A stretch of 64,000 nt of DNA from Eledone cirrhosa (taxonomy: Eukaryota), in NCBI GenBank assembly GCA_964016885.1, contig OZ024751.1, forward strand, positions 53,692,001-53,756,000. Reading direction: 5' to 3'. The position numbers and the translations under genes are program-made. Numbering within the stretch: position 1 is the first letter of the stretch; each line of letters opens with the position of its first letter. Under the pieces are notes generated by a model, which was not told the origin of the DNA, did not search any database, and saw only the letters and a list, made by a program, of their open reading frames with translations. This document shows, piece by piece, positions 29,016-40,305 of the stretch.

Positions 29016-29619
29016 TGGCTGCCAACTCGTTTTCGAGTACGGCCACTACTTTATATCCATGTAGGAGAACCCCTACCGATGCGCTGAACGAATGTGACTT
29101 TTTAGTCCAGCCAGCGACTTGAAAACTCTGGTACAAAGACTACACTTGTGACCATTATTGACACATAGTGCAGGGCCCATGGTACCATGTGATGACAAGT
29201 GCAGAGAGATCTCCAGATATAAAGCAATGCCTGTGCTGTGAAGCTTTTATAGTGAGCAAAGGCACTGCACAAAGCCAGTCCCACTCTCTTAACCAAGATG
29301 ATATTTACCAAAAAGAAGAACAAGTCAACATCATTGGATACCATCAGGGTTGCAGGTGTTATATCAGAGTTTTCCTTCTCCTAGAATTCTGCCTTGACAA
29401 AGGCTAAGGGGTCATCTCTCCCGGTGATTTTGGATGGCTATTGAGTCTTAAGAGCTCCCTTGCCCTTTGACAGGTTTTGTTTTTAGTCCTGCAGGATGTC
29501 CAAAGTCACCCTCCTCACCAAGAAACCTTGGTGGGGTTGCCAGTTTAGTCGCCAACGACCCGACCATGAGACAGGTTGTACTGGGATACATGTTACCAGT
29601 AGCACCAACTGGTGACCTG

Positions 29620-29621
<2 letters not shown>
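29013..29621 (-). mobile_element. Non-autonomous ~600-bp RTE-derived element (copy 1 of 3)
   Basis: Near-identical to 49600-50185 and 57672-58292. The minus-strand 3' part encodes [22 protein letters not shown] (RTE/BovB-type terminal C2H2). The 5' part has the RTE-UTR-like GGAGAAGGAAAACTCTG. Flanked by (TA)n. Confidence 0.75.
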
Positions 29622-29662
<41 letters not shown>

Positions 29663-30009
29663 TATAGATATATAGATATGTATGTATATATGTATAGGTT
29701 TTGTAAAAAATCTCTCCAAACAAAGATTTTTTATCTGAAAATGTGTGTTGAAAAGATATTGGTATACTTTAGGAGGGTCATGCTTATAATAAAGACACAC
29801 ACACATGTTGGGTTTCACTTCCATTTATTATTAAAATTTCCCATTTGGTTACTTTAATAACTGGATGGTTGTTTAGTTGTTAATTGCTAAAGCTCTTTCA
29901 TCACACATTCTGTGACCTCCTCAGTAATTACTTTTATTACTTTGTGCCTTATATTTGTTCTGTTTTATACAGTTGTGTTTTGTGATATATATATATATAT
30001 ATATATACA

Positions 30010-30286
30010 ATATTAATAAATGGAAACTATATTTATAAAACCATATTTATTTCATTATATCTATTTCAATGATACCAAGTTAAATCATGGTATGCCTTCA
30101 TCAGACAAAATACAATATATAACAGTTTTACAAATAGATATTGACGTACTCTTTCAAAAAGTGACCGTTGTTTTTGGAGGCCATTTATTAATATTGTATA
30201 TCTACTCCAAATATTTGTCGAGTGTATAATATCAGTTATAATAATATCTGCTTGTTGTATCCCAACAATTTAAATAGAACTTTTGT
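30010..30286. mobile_element. PLE-terminal unit: inverted HHR-bearing copy plus forward tail
   Basis: Minus strand 30046-30112 reads tattttgt-CTGATGA-aggcatacca...tggtatcatt-GAAA-tagata-TA-atgaaata. The tail matches 62795-62900. Confidence 0.72.
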
Positions 30287-30310
30287 ATATATATATATAT
30301 ATATATATAT

Positions 30311-30537
30311 TATAAGAACTGATTAACGTTTAAGCAAAGAATTGCTGCTTTCACCCTTAGTGGGATCTTCAGAAGATTCCGTTAAGGGTGAAAGCAGCGA
30401 TTCTTTGCTTAAATTTTAATCTGTTCTTATAATAAATATTTGGTCTATGGGTTTTTATATATATATTATATATATATATAATCCTTATCAAGCCCTCTTC
30501 GGATTTTAGTCTTTAGTCTTCACATTTATTATTACTA
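30311..30537 (+). mobile_element. Zero-spacer hairpin derivative of the Naiad-like element at 1.7-3.9 kb
   Basis: 30311-30370 folds back on 30372-30431. The arm and tail match 3781-3922. Confidence 0.8.
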
Positions 30538-30839
30538 TATATATATATATATATATATATAGATAAATAGATAGATATATATATAGATAGATATATGGAA
30601 GAAATATATTAAATTAAATTGACAATAAATAAATTGACTATGCTTGGGAGAAGTGTGACCTCAAGCAACATGCATAGTCTGCAAATTTGGTTTCTATAAT
30701 GCACAAATATGTTTGAAAGATTATTCCTTCTTAACTGAAGAAAAAATGTACATTGGAAAAATAACTTGGGTTTTTTTCATGAAGTTGATACTAGAAATGC
30801 TTATGAATTGCTGATTCTGACCTCCTTTTAAAGAAACAG

Positions 30840-30957
30840 ATAATTGTTTCTACTTTTGGCACAAGACCAGCAATTACTCAGTACATTACTGGTACTTTAT
30901 TTTAACGACCCCGTAAGGATGAAAGGTAAAGTTAACCTCGGCGGGATTTGAACTCAG
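30840..30957 (-). mobile_element. 5'-truncated SINE family 2 copy
   Basis: Family-2 3' two-thirds. Confidence 0.8.
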
Positions 30958-31137
30958 CATAAACACATAATAATGAAGATGATACCAATAAGTAGCTGAT
31001 GGAAATCTCCAGCAAGAAATATGAAAATATATTTAGAAATGTGGAAGAATTTTAAAAGGAATGATTATGAACATCAATCCCATGATTGAAAGAAATGTAA
31101 GTCTGCTGAGAAAGTTTCTTTCTAAATTACAAACGTA

Positions 31138-31210
31138 TATATCCTTTGACAGACGTACCACCCCAGTCAAACTCCGCAACCAACATTGTTCTCGACTAAG
31201 GGTCGCGTAT
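31138..31210 (-). pseudogene. Short 28S rRNA-derived fragment
   Basis: TTTGACAGACGTACCACCCCAGTCAAACTCC...GGGTCGCG matches the antisense of a conserved LSU rRNA segment (TTTGACAG.TGTACCGCCCCAGTCAAACTCCCC), with several mismatches. Confidence 0.7.
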
Positions 31211-31291
31211 CTCAGGAATAAGAGGGAGAAGGAGGGGGAAAGGAGAAGAAGAAGCTATGTAATGTACACACACAAACATATATATATATAT

Positions 31292-31337
<46 letters not shown>

Positions 31338-32364
31338 TATACACTAGACATTCACACATATGGACATTGTATGTGTATATGTGTATATATATATATGTGT
31401 GTGTGTGTATGTTTAAATATATTCTGACAGTTGTATGAAGAGATGCAAAGAAATCTTAGTGGTCGGGACGCATGGAACAACAACAACAACAGCAGCAGCA
31501 GCAGCAGCAACAACAACAACAAGACGAAGAAGACGAAGAAGAAGACAAACTTATATATGAAAATTTAACGAAAAAAGGGTTTTACTGGAATCTTCTCCGT
31601 AACATTGTGTATTTCTGGTTTTGTTGGGTTAACATTTAGTATTTACTTTTCACATTTTACTATACAGTTATATTTTTTTCGTAAAATTTAAAATTTTGTT
31701 TTGCAAAAATAAAACATGATTTATCTCATTGCTTATACAGTATGATAAAAATAAATTATACAATATATACATTTTCATTGGTTTTCGATATTTAATTAAA
31801 TTAAAAACAGCTTTTTTAAAGTGTTTCTTAAATGTTTTATTGCACATTATCATTGTGTTGGAACTACTTCCCATATCTATATGCTACAAATTCAAAAATA
31901 AATATTCACATACAACATAGTGTATATTACAAAAATCTAATGATAGATTTAATGTAGGTGTACCTGGAATTTTTTTTCTTTTTTTTTTCAAAATGATGAA
32001 CCTCATTGTAAAAAAATGTTTATAACTTCAAATAATTGTTTCTACTTTTGGCACAAGGCCAGCAATTACCCAGTTTATAACTTCAAATAATATGAGTTCA
32101 ATATATTTTAGATTTTTACAGGATTAATTATTCATACCAATTGAGGCTTGGCTGCATATTTTACATGTGTAAAAACATAAATATGTACATAAATAAATGC
32201 ATATATACATATATAAATATAAATGGGATTTTGAAAAATGAACAAATAGTAATAGTATTATAGCAAATATAAAGCTTTTCTCCTACACTATCTTATATAT
32301 TTGCAATATCTAATATATTTGCCATACCAATATTTGGAATACATTACTTGATTTAATAAATATT

Positions 32365-32785
32365 GATCTCTAATTGAGGCACAAGGCCACCAGATTCTGG
32401 GGGGAGGGAAAAGTTGATTAAATTGACCCCAGTGCATTACTGGTACTTTATTTTATCGACCCTGTTAGGACGAAAGGCAAAACTAACCTCAGCAGGATTT
32501 GAACTCAGATCGTAAAGGGCTGTAACTCTATGCCATAAAGCATGTTAACGAACACTTCACCCATACTGCCGATCCAATGCCCTTTGACTTAATAAATATT
32601 CATTTCTAATTGAGGAACAAGGCCACCAAATTTTGGAGAAGAGCAACATTGATTAAATCAACTCCAATACATAACTGGTACTTTATTTCATCAACCCCAG
32701 AAAAATGAAAGGCAAAATTGACCGCGGCAAGATTCGAACTCAGAATGAAAAGAGCCAAAACAAATGTTGCAATGGCATTTTATCT
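32365..32785 (-). mobile_element. Two tandem older SINE family 2 copies
   Basis: GGCACAAGGCCACC...GAAAGGCAAA...GAACTCAG occurs twice. Confidence 0.78.
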
Positions 32786-33022
32786 GCATCAGCACATGGT
32801 TAATCTTAGCTAATCAAAGATTCTCAACACACTATATTCCATATGTGAAACCTAACCATCTATAGCCAGCCAATAATGATTTCTAACTGAAACCTTTCAT
32901 GACTGCGTTTATATTGAAATACACTCTATTTTAATTAATTAGTGAAGAATTTTGAGGGATTTTCTTAAATTATTAATGATTTCATTATTTCATTAGTAAT
33001 ATAGTAACTTAATGCAAGGTAA

Positions 33023-33397
33023 CATACAGGTGATCTAGCTCACTATGATGAGGATGGTCATTTTTACATCACTGATCGATTAAAAGAACTTTTCGAATAT
33101 AAAGATTTTCAGGTGCCACCAGCAGCTGAATTAGAAGCCCTCTTACTAATTCATCCTGACATCCAAGACTGTGCTGTGATAGGTATACCAGATGAAAAAG
33201 CTGGGGAACGACCAAGAGCCTATGTTGTCTCTAAAGAAAAAAGAAATATACAAGAGGAAGAAATTTTGAAGTTTGTTAAAGGTAATGTTGCATCACACAA
33301 GCGGTTGAGAGGAGGTGTGAAATTTGTAGAAGAAATTTCAAAATCTGCAGCTGGCAAGATACTGCATAGAATTTTGAGAGACTCACACAAGAAATAA
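33023..33397 (+). CDS. C-terminal part of a 4-coumarate-CoA ligase/firefly-luciferase-like adenylate-forming enzyme (terminal exon or pseudogene fragment)
   Basis: The open frame reads HTGDLAHYDEDGHFYITDRLKELFEYKDFQVPPAAELEALLLIHPDIQDCAVIGIPDEKAGERPRAYVV...KRLRGGVKFVEEISKSAAGKILHR. This includes the TGD, hinge DRLKE and catalytic GKI motifs. There is an in-frame TAA just upstream and a possible acceptor AG at 33028-33029. Confidence 0.8.
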   Translation, partial: HTGDLAHYDEDGHFYITDRLKELFEYKDFQVPPAAELEALLLIHPDIQDCAVIGIPDEKAGERPRAYVVSKEKRNIQEEEILKFVKGNVASHKRLRGGVKFVEEISKSAAGKILHRILRDSHKK

Positions 33398-33574
33398 TAA
33401 TAATAAGATTATGTTGGAAGCTTTTAATTTAAATTGGAAACCTTTAAAATGAGTGGTTTTATTTCAGAGAATCAAAGCCAGGTTTTGTCCGGGTTGGTAA
33501 CTAAAGGGTTATCTGACTGACTGGCTGATATACAAGCTGGTTTGGCTGACTAGATAGATGGCTGGTGGTTTAGT

Positions 33575-34240
33575 TTGAGAGATGGGTAAGTGGATGGTAG
33601 TCTGGCTGGCCAGATGGATGAATGGTAGTCTAACTAGCTGACTGGATGGATGGTAGTCTGACTGGCTGGTTGGATGGATGGATGGATGGTAGTCTGGCTG
33701 GCTTGATGGATGGTACTCTAACTGGCTGGATGGTTGGATGGATGGTAGTCTGGCTAGCTGGTTGGATGGATGGATGGTAGTCTGGCTGGCTTGATGGATG
33801 GTACTCTAATTGGCTGGCTGGATGGATGGTAGTCTGGCTGGCTGGTTGGATGGATGGTACTCTAACTGGATGGATGGTAGTCTGGCTGGCTTGATGGATG
33901 GATGGTACTCTAACTGGCTGGCTAGATGGTTGGATGGATGGTAGTCTGGCTGGCTGGTTGGATGGATGGTACTCTAACTGGATGGATGGTAGTCTGGCTG
34001 GCTTGATGGGTGGATGGTACTCTAACTGGCTGGCTGGCTGGATGGCTGGATGGATGGTAGTCTGGCTGGCTTGATGGATGGATGGTACTCTAACTGGCTG
34101 GCTGGCTGGATGGATGGATGGATGGTAGTCTGGCTGGCTTGATGGATGGATGGTATTCTAACTGGCTGGCTGGTTGGATGGATGGATCGATGGTAGTCTG
34201 GCTGGCTTGATGGATGGATGGATGGTTGACTGGATGGTAG
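33575..34240. repeat. Compound (GGAT)/(GGCT) repeat with GGTAGTCT / GGTACTCTAA anchors
   Basis: Direct reading of the sequence. Confidence 0.9.
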
Positions 34241-34479
34241 AGTGTTTGAATAACTCGATTGAAATATGGATGGATGGTTAGCATGATGGTTGTCCGACTG
34301 GTTAGCTGACTGGTTGGTTGGCTAGCATGCAGGCGTGTTTACTGGTAGGTTAGGGGGGTCGTATTATCCCACATTAGTGATGATAATTGATAATGGGATA
34401 ATGAATATGACATTTAAAATGAAATATCAGAAAAATGGCGATTTTGGGTAGAGGACAGAGGAGGGGAAAACGGTATAAC

Positions 34480-34514
34480 AGTAGTTGTAATAGTAGTAGT
34501 AATGGGTGGTAGTG

Positions 34515-34566
<52 letters not shown>

Positions 34567-34578
34567 TAGTAGTAGTAG

Positions 34579-34640
<62 letters not shown>
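34480..34640. repeat. (TAG)n microsatellite
   Basis: Direct reading of the sequence. Confidence 0.95.
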
Positions 34641-34642
<2 letters not shown>

Positions 34643-34956
34643 TACAATAATGGTGGGGTGTTTTACAATGAGTATTATTGGCCAGTGGTGATGGCCACTA
34701 TGATTGGGAAGATGAGGACTGAGGATATGGCGTTTCTATGGCCTATATAGCAATCTAGTTAGACAGATGGATTTCAAACTGTTGTTTATCTGTAGCTTCC
34801 TTTGTTTTTGTGTCTGTTATAGTTATTATTATAGCAGTTGATGGACATTTAACTACTTTTTATGCTTTTGTTGTATTCTTAAAATATCTTTGCAAATATA
34901 TTGAAAAACACTCAGCACGAAGTATTATCTGTCAAACTATGTATCATCATCATCAT

Positions 34957-35081
<125 letters not shown>

Positions 35082-35324
35082 GGCTTCTACAGGACTAGAA
35101 CTGTTTCATTTGAAGGAAATCATCAGGAAAGCTTTCCTGATGGTTTCCTATATATATACACATACGCAAATATACATGGTGGTTGTGCTGGTACCACAAC
35201 AAAAAAGCACCCAGTCCATCATGTGAAGTGGTTGGTGCCAGGAAGGGCAACCAGCCAGAGAAACCATGCTAAAAACAGATGGTTCTCCATAAAACCTATT
35301 ACCATCATATATTTTATATTTGCT

Positions 35325-35850
35325 GTTCCATGCCTGCATGGGTTGGACTTTTCTTTCTCAGCACAGCATCTCTCTACTTGTCATGCTCTTTCATCATCAT
35401 CTCTGTGAGCCTTAGCAATTTGAGATCAGTTCTCACCACCTCTGACCAGGTCTTTCTTTTTTCTTCCTCTATGGCAGCTTCCCTTCACTTGGATTTCTTG
35501 GCACTTCTTCACCCAGTAATCATCATCCATGCACATCACATGTCCATACCAGTGCAGTCTTCTCTTTTGTACACTACATCTAATTCCTTATACCCAGTTT
35601 CTCTCTCAGTTCATCCATGCTTTGTCATTCTTGCACATTAACATTGCTCATCCATCGAAGCATGCTTACTTCAATTCTCTCCAGCCTTTGCACATTCTCT
35701 GAGTTCACTGCCCATGTCTCACTACCATGCAGCAGCACACTTCCCACACAGGCATCAGACAGCTGGCTGACGTTTTGTTCATAAAGAGAAACGTTTTGTT
35801 GTCAACAAAAGTAAGTAGCTCTCTGAACTTCTTCCGTCCTGTCTGTTTAC
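35325..35850 (-). mobile_element. Decayed RTE-clade LINE 3' fragment
   Basis: The minus strand gives VQKRRLHWYGHVMCM. Related to 10720-11075. Confidence 0.65.
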
Positions 35851-36382
35851 CCTGCTAACAAGTGATGGTCAAGTCATTGCAGATCAAGTCAGTACTTAAG
35901 CAGAGCTACTGATTTCCTAGATGGGGTGGTGGCCTGCATCTTGCTATTATTCTGTACAACTTCCTCATGCTATACCCTCTTCACTCTGTTTTGTCACTAT
36001 CTTATTTTCAAGTATTTGTTTCTATTTTCTCATTGCCTCTCATGTAGATGATATGCTATGTTGATCTGGTGAAATACTGATCCGTAGATATACCGATATG
36101 CACTGACCGATGCAAATATATTTTACAGCACTTGACACAGTGCGTGTCTCCTTAGAAACAGATTTTTATCACATTGCAGATCTTAACAGTCACCAGTCAT
36201 ATGAATTAAATGCATATCCATTTGTGCAACTAATCTATGTCATTATTGTACATTATCACCATAGATTCATATAATTGTACACAATTACACACACACACAC
36301 ACACACAAACATATATATATATACTTGGGGAGGGTCATATTGTTGTAATATTGCCAGAAATAATAACAGAACACACACACAC

Positions 36383-36444
<62 letters not shown>

Positions 36445-37311
36445 AGGGTGTTAAAGTTTGCTTGAAGCATTGTGAAATGTGTAAAAATACGTATTTAAGA
36501 AAGCCACAACAATGCAAAGGGAAATCTCGAGGTAGGAAGTGAAATATAGATAGGAAAAACAGGTGAAAGTGAAAATTGAGAGAGACAAAGATGAAAACAA
36601 AACAAAGGTAGAAGGGTTACCGTAGTAGAGATTTAATCCCAATATTTCGGGCTCACGCCCATCAACGGGGGAAAAGTTCCAAAAGGGGGGAAAAGTTCCA
36701 AAAGGGGGGAAAAGTTCCAAAAGGGGGGAAACAGGCCAAGCGGAGAAAGTTGTGATGTCGTTAAGACAGGAATGCCGTTATGGGGAGAAAAATATTTAAA
36801 ATTTAAACGAGGGAAAGAATGTGCGTGCGCGTGATAGGCTGTGGCAAAAGCTACTGACCAAATGGGTTAAATCAAGATGGTGCGTTAGCGTGTGAAAGCC
36901 GTAAGATATGTGTATGTAAATATATATGTGTGTGTAACTGTGTGTGTATAAGTGTAAGTGTGTATATGTGTGAGTGTGTGTGTGTGTGAAAGATAGTGGG
37001 CTGTAGAAGTTGGAAATCAAAGGGTGTGAAAGGTGGTAGGTTGTAAAATATGTGTGCGTGTATAAATATAGATGTGCGTGTGTAAGCGTATGGGTATACA
37101 TGTGTGTGTAACTGTGTGTGTATATGTGTGAGTGCGTTTGTGTGTGAAAGATAGTGGGCTGTAGAAGCTGGAAATCAAAGGGTGTGAAAGGTGGTAGGTT
37201 GTAAAAACATGTGTGCGTGTATAAATATAGATGTGTGTGTGTATGCGTATGGGTATGCATATACGAGCGTGTGTGTGAAGATAGCAGGCCGTAGGCTGTG
37301 AATGGTCATTA

Positions 37312-37493
37312 TTGGCAGTATCGGTAGAGGGTCGGACGCCATGCTTTGATGCATAGAGTTACGGCCCTTGCTATTCTGAGTTCAAATCCCGCCGAGGTTA
37401 ACTTTGCCTTTCATCCTTACGGGGTCGATAAAATAAAGTACCAGTAATGTACTGGGTAATTTCTGGCCTTGTGCCAATAGTAGAAACAATTAT
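37312..37493 (+). mobile_element. SINE family 2 copy inserted immediately after the PLE stop codon
   Basis: TGGCAGTATCGGTAGAGGGTCGGAC...GAGTTCAAATCCCGCCGAGG...AGAAACAATTAT. Confidence 0.88.
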
Positions 37494-37495
37494 GG

Positions 37496-40135
37496 TTAAG
37501 TTAGCCATGTCAGCTCATTTCTCTCAGCCCGGTTGTTAAGTGGGGGTCTGAGGTTCTTAATAACAAGTGCTTCCTTTATCCTTAAGGATCCGATGCTGCG
37601 TTCAGTCGCTAGGACTGTGACCAAGGGTCTACCCTGTGGGTTTCCGCATTTAAGGATATGTTTACGGAAGGAAGATGCGTTGGTGTTGATATGTTCCTTG
37701 ATACGAACATGTAGGGGTCGGATGGTGCTACCTATGTAAAACTTGTTACATTTATCGCATTGAATCTTATATACGACATGGGTGCGTAGGCAATCTGCCC
37801 CCCGTATCGGGCAGTTGCTGAGGGAACACGTCCCATCTGCCTCGTAGGGTTTGTTGGAGAGGCATCTTCGCAGCGAAGGTCCTGTGTGGGCCAAATGTAT
37901 GTCAAGTCCCTCCGTCCGTATGGCCCTGCGGATGGCGTTCGTGGTATATTCACTCAGGTGGGGGATTTTAAAGAAGCACCTGCTAATATTAAGTTTTCTA
38001 GTGGGTGTCAGTCTACTGGGTCTGGGGTCTCTAATTCCGTTAATCAGTCGCTTGGGATAACCATTAGATCTGAGTAGATTACGGAATTGCGTGGTATGGG
38101 TGAGACCACCCATCGGGTCGCTGCATCTGTTAGTGATCCGTGTCAGTTCATTTAGGACATAGCCTCTCTTAGCGTTGTTGGGGAGGGCTGAGTTATAATG
38201 CACAAATAAGTCCTTGCACGCTGCTTTGCGGTAGAAGGTGGTGTTTATGTCTCCTTCTTCCGAGATGTTGATACGGAAGTCGAGGAGGGCGAGTGACCCG
38301 TCTTCTCCTGGGTGTTCGATGGTGAAATCGATGTGCTGGTCAGTATCGTTGAAGATTTGGTGAATTTCATTCGCCATCTCCCGGGAAGAAGTAAGTATCA
38401 GGATATCATCAACGTATCTGGAGTAGAAGGCGACGGCGTTGGGTTGGCAGGTATTGAGTGCCTTGCGTTCCAGGTGGTCCATGTACGAGATCGCAAGTAT
38501 GCCGGACAGACTAGAGCCCATAGGTAGCCCAGAGATTTGTTTGTACGTGTGGCCGAGGAAATTGAAGAGTGCATTATCCACAACGAAGGAGAGGAGTTGG
38601 TGGATGTCCGTGTGTGTGAGTCCGAAGCAGTGTAAGTTAGATGCTCGGACTCGTTCGGTCAACAGGTCGACAGCTGGGGATGCTGGTACGGAGGTATAAA
38701 GGGCGACCACATCAAGACTGAAGGCATAACCGTTGTCCTTTCTGGTGTTGGGCGCCAGATGGTGTAGTCGCTCCAAGACTTCCTTTGAGCTGCAGACGTG
38801 GGCTGGTAGTGTGTGTAGAATAGGTTTCAGTAGTGTGGAGAGCAGCCACGATATTTTGTAGAGTGGGCCCTCCACGCTAGAGACAATGGGCCTGATTTTC
38901 AAATCGGGTCCTTGTTTATGTGTTTTGACCAGGTGGTAGAAGGTGGGTAATTTGCTGTTTCGAGTCATTATGTTGTTTTTTACCTTCTTTGGCAGTTTTC
39001 GTTGGACACAGATGTTAGTCCATATGGTGTTAATGCCTTCCTCGATTAGAGTCGAGGAGGTCCCTGTGACTTTCGAGTAGAGGCTGTGGTCATTAAGATG
39101 TTGGAGGGCTAAGTTGTTGTAGGTCTCTCTCGAGATGACACAGAATTCTTTCCCCTTGTCAGAGGGAAGGTACACAAGGTTCCTGGATCTTAGGTTGGTG
39201 AGAGTATTGAATTGTGCATTGGTGAGGTTGCGTTTATTGTGTGTGTGTGTGTGTTGGGAAAGGATGTTAGAGATAGAATGTTTCAACCTGAGTAGTTTAG
39301 TGTCAAGTACGTGGTTGGTGGGTGGGGGGTGGAGTGGGTTGTCGAGGTGATACGTGGGGAGTGGGGGGTGGGTTGTGGGGTTGTAATCGATCTCGGTGTT
39401 GTTTTGGATGGCGGTTAGCCATTTCAGTTGATAAGCTGTCCGACAGAAGTTGGTTTCGATGTCGAGTTTCAGTCTATCATCGAGACGCTGTGTAATGATG
39501 AACTTGGGTCCGAGGCGCAGAAGTTCGAGTTCGTCGTTGGTGAGGGTACCGGTTAAGTCGGTAACGAGGTGTGAAGCATCGTTGGTAGGTAGATCGATGT
39601 TGGGGGGTGTAGCGGAGGGTGTTGTATAGCTGTTGCCCCTGGTGTGGTTGTAGTCGGTCCGTCTGTGGGAGCGGATGTTGTCAATGTAGTATTTGTTTAC
39701 AGTCCATTCGTATTTCCGTATAAGGCGCTGTTTATCAAATTTGACTCTGGTGTGGTAACACTGATCTATAGCTTTGCGTATATCCTGGACTTGGTGGTCA
39801 GGGGTGAGGGTTGGAGCTATACGATCTAAGTGCTCAGAAAGCGTTTGTATATGGAGTCGCAGTTGGTGGTGGTTGTGTCGTAGTATTTTTTTGATAAACG
39901 TGCGTTGAATGTGGCGGATGGTGTTTTCGAAGGATGGTGATCGTAAACATTCGGGTAGATGTATATTCCTGATGGTGGTTGGAATGATGTTGTTCTTTAG
40001 GCAGCGTTTTAAGAAGGTAATTTGGCAACCGAGTTTGGCACGATTCTCCGATAGTCTGAATAGGTCCCTTATGGGTGCAAACAAGTCCTGGCTCAGGTGT
40101 AATGATAAGAGGGTGTTAAAGTTTGCTTGAAGCAT
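37496..40135 (-). CDS. PLE polyprotein: reverse transcriptase plus GIY-YIG endonuclease (879 aa, uninterrupted)
   Basis: FLKRC...IIP, SDKG, LVKTHK, IRPIVS, SLDVVALYTSVP, GLPMGSSLS, RYVDD, LLDF, a Cys linker, and VVYKIQCDKCNKFYIGST.R.L..RIKEH...EAL.I....P.LN. Confidence 0.95.
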   Translation of the reverse strand: MLQANFNTLLSLHLSQDLFAPIRDLFRLSENRAKLGCQITFLKRCLKNNIIPTTIRNIHLPECLRSPSFENTIRHIQRTFIKKILRHNHHQLRLHIQTLSEHLDRIAPTLTPDHQVQDIRKAIDQCYHTRVKFDKQRLIRKYEWTVNKYYIDNIRSHRRTDYNHTRGNSYTTPSATPPNIDLPTNDASHLVTDLTGTLTNDELELLRLGPKFIITQRLDDRLKLDIETNFCRTAYQLKWLTAIQNNTEIDYNPTTHPPLPTYHLDNPLHPPPTNHVLDTKLLRLKHSISNILSQHTHTHNKRNLTNAQFNTLTNLRSRNLVYLPSDKGKEFCVISRETYNNLALQHLNDHSLYSKVTGTSSTLIEEGINTIWTNICVQRKLPKKVKNNIMTRNSKLPTFYHLVKTHKQGPDLKIRPIVSSVEGPLYKISWLLSTLLKPILHTLPAHVCSSKEVLERLHHLAPNTRKDNGYAFSLDVVALYTSVPASPAVDLLTERVRASNLHCFGLTHTDIHQLLSFVVDNALFNFLGHTYKQISGLPMGSSLSGILAISYMDHLERKALNTCQPNAVAFYSRYVDDILILTSSREMANEIHQIFNDTDQHIDFTIEHPGEDGSLALLDFRINISEEGDINTTFYRKAACKDLFVHYNSALPNNAKRGYVLNELTRITNRCSDPMGGLTHTTQFRNLLRSNGYPKRLINGIRDPRPSRLTPTRKLNISRCFFKIPHLSEYTTNAIRRAIRTEGLDIHLAHTGPSLRRCLSNKPYEADGTCSLSNCPIRGADCLRTHVVYKIQCDKCNKFYIGSTIRPLHVRIKEHINTNASSFRKHILKCGNPQGRPLVTVLATERSIGSLRIKEALVIKNLRPPLNNRAERNELTWLT

Positions 40136-40274
40136 TGTGAAATGTGTAAAAATACGTATTTAAGAAAGCCATATATATATATATATATATTAATATATAT
40201 ATATATATATTAATATATATATATATATATATTAATATATATTTAATATATATTAATATATATTTAAGAAAGCC

Positions 40275-40305
<31 letters not shown>

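Larger units (their letters stand above)
36441..40172 (-). mobile_element. Full-length Penelope-like retroelement with terminal direct repeat
   Basis: 36441-36505 directly repeats 40106-40170, which covers the ORF start. This is the pLTR arrangement. Both ends abut (TA)n. Confidence 0.88.
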
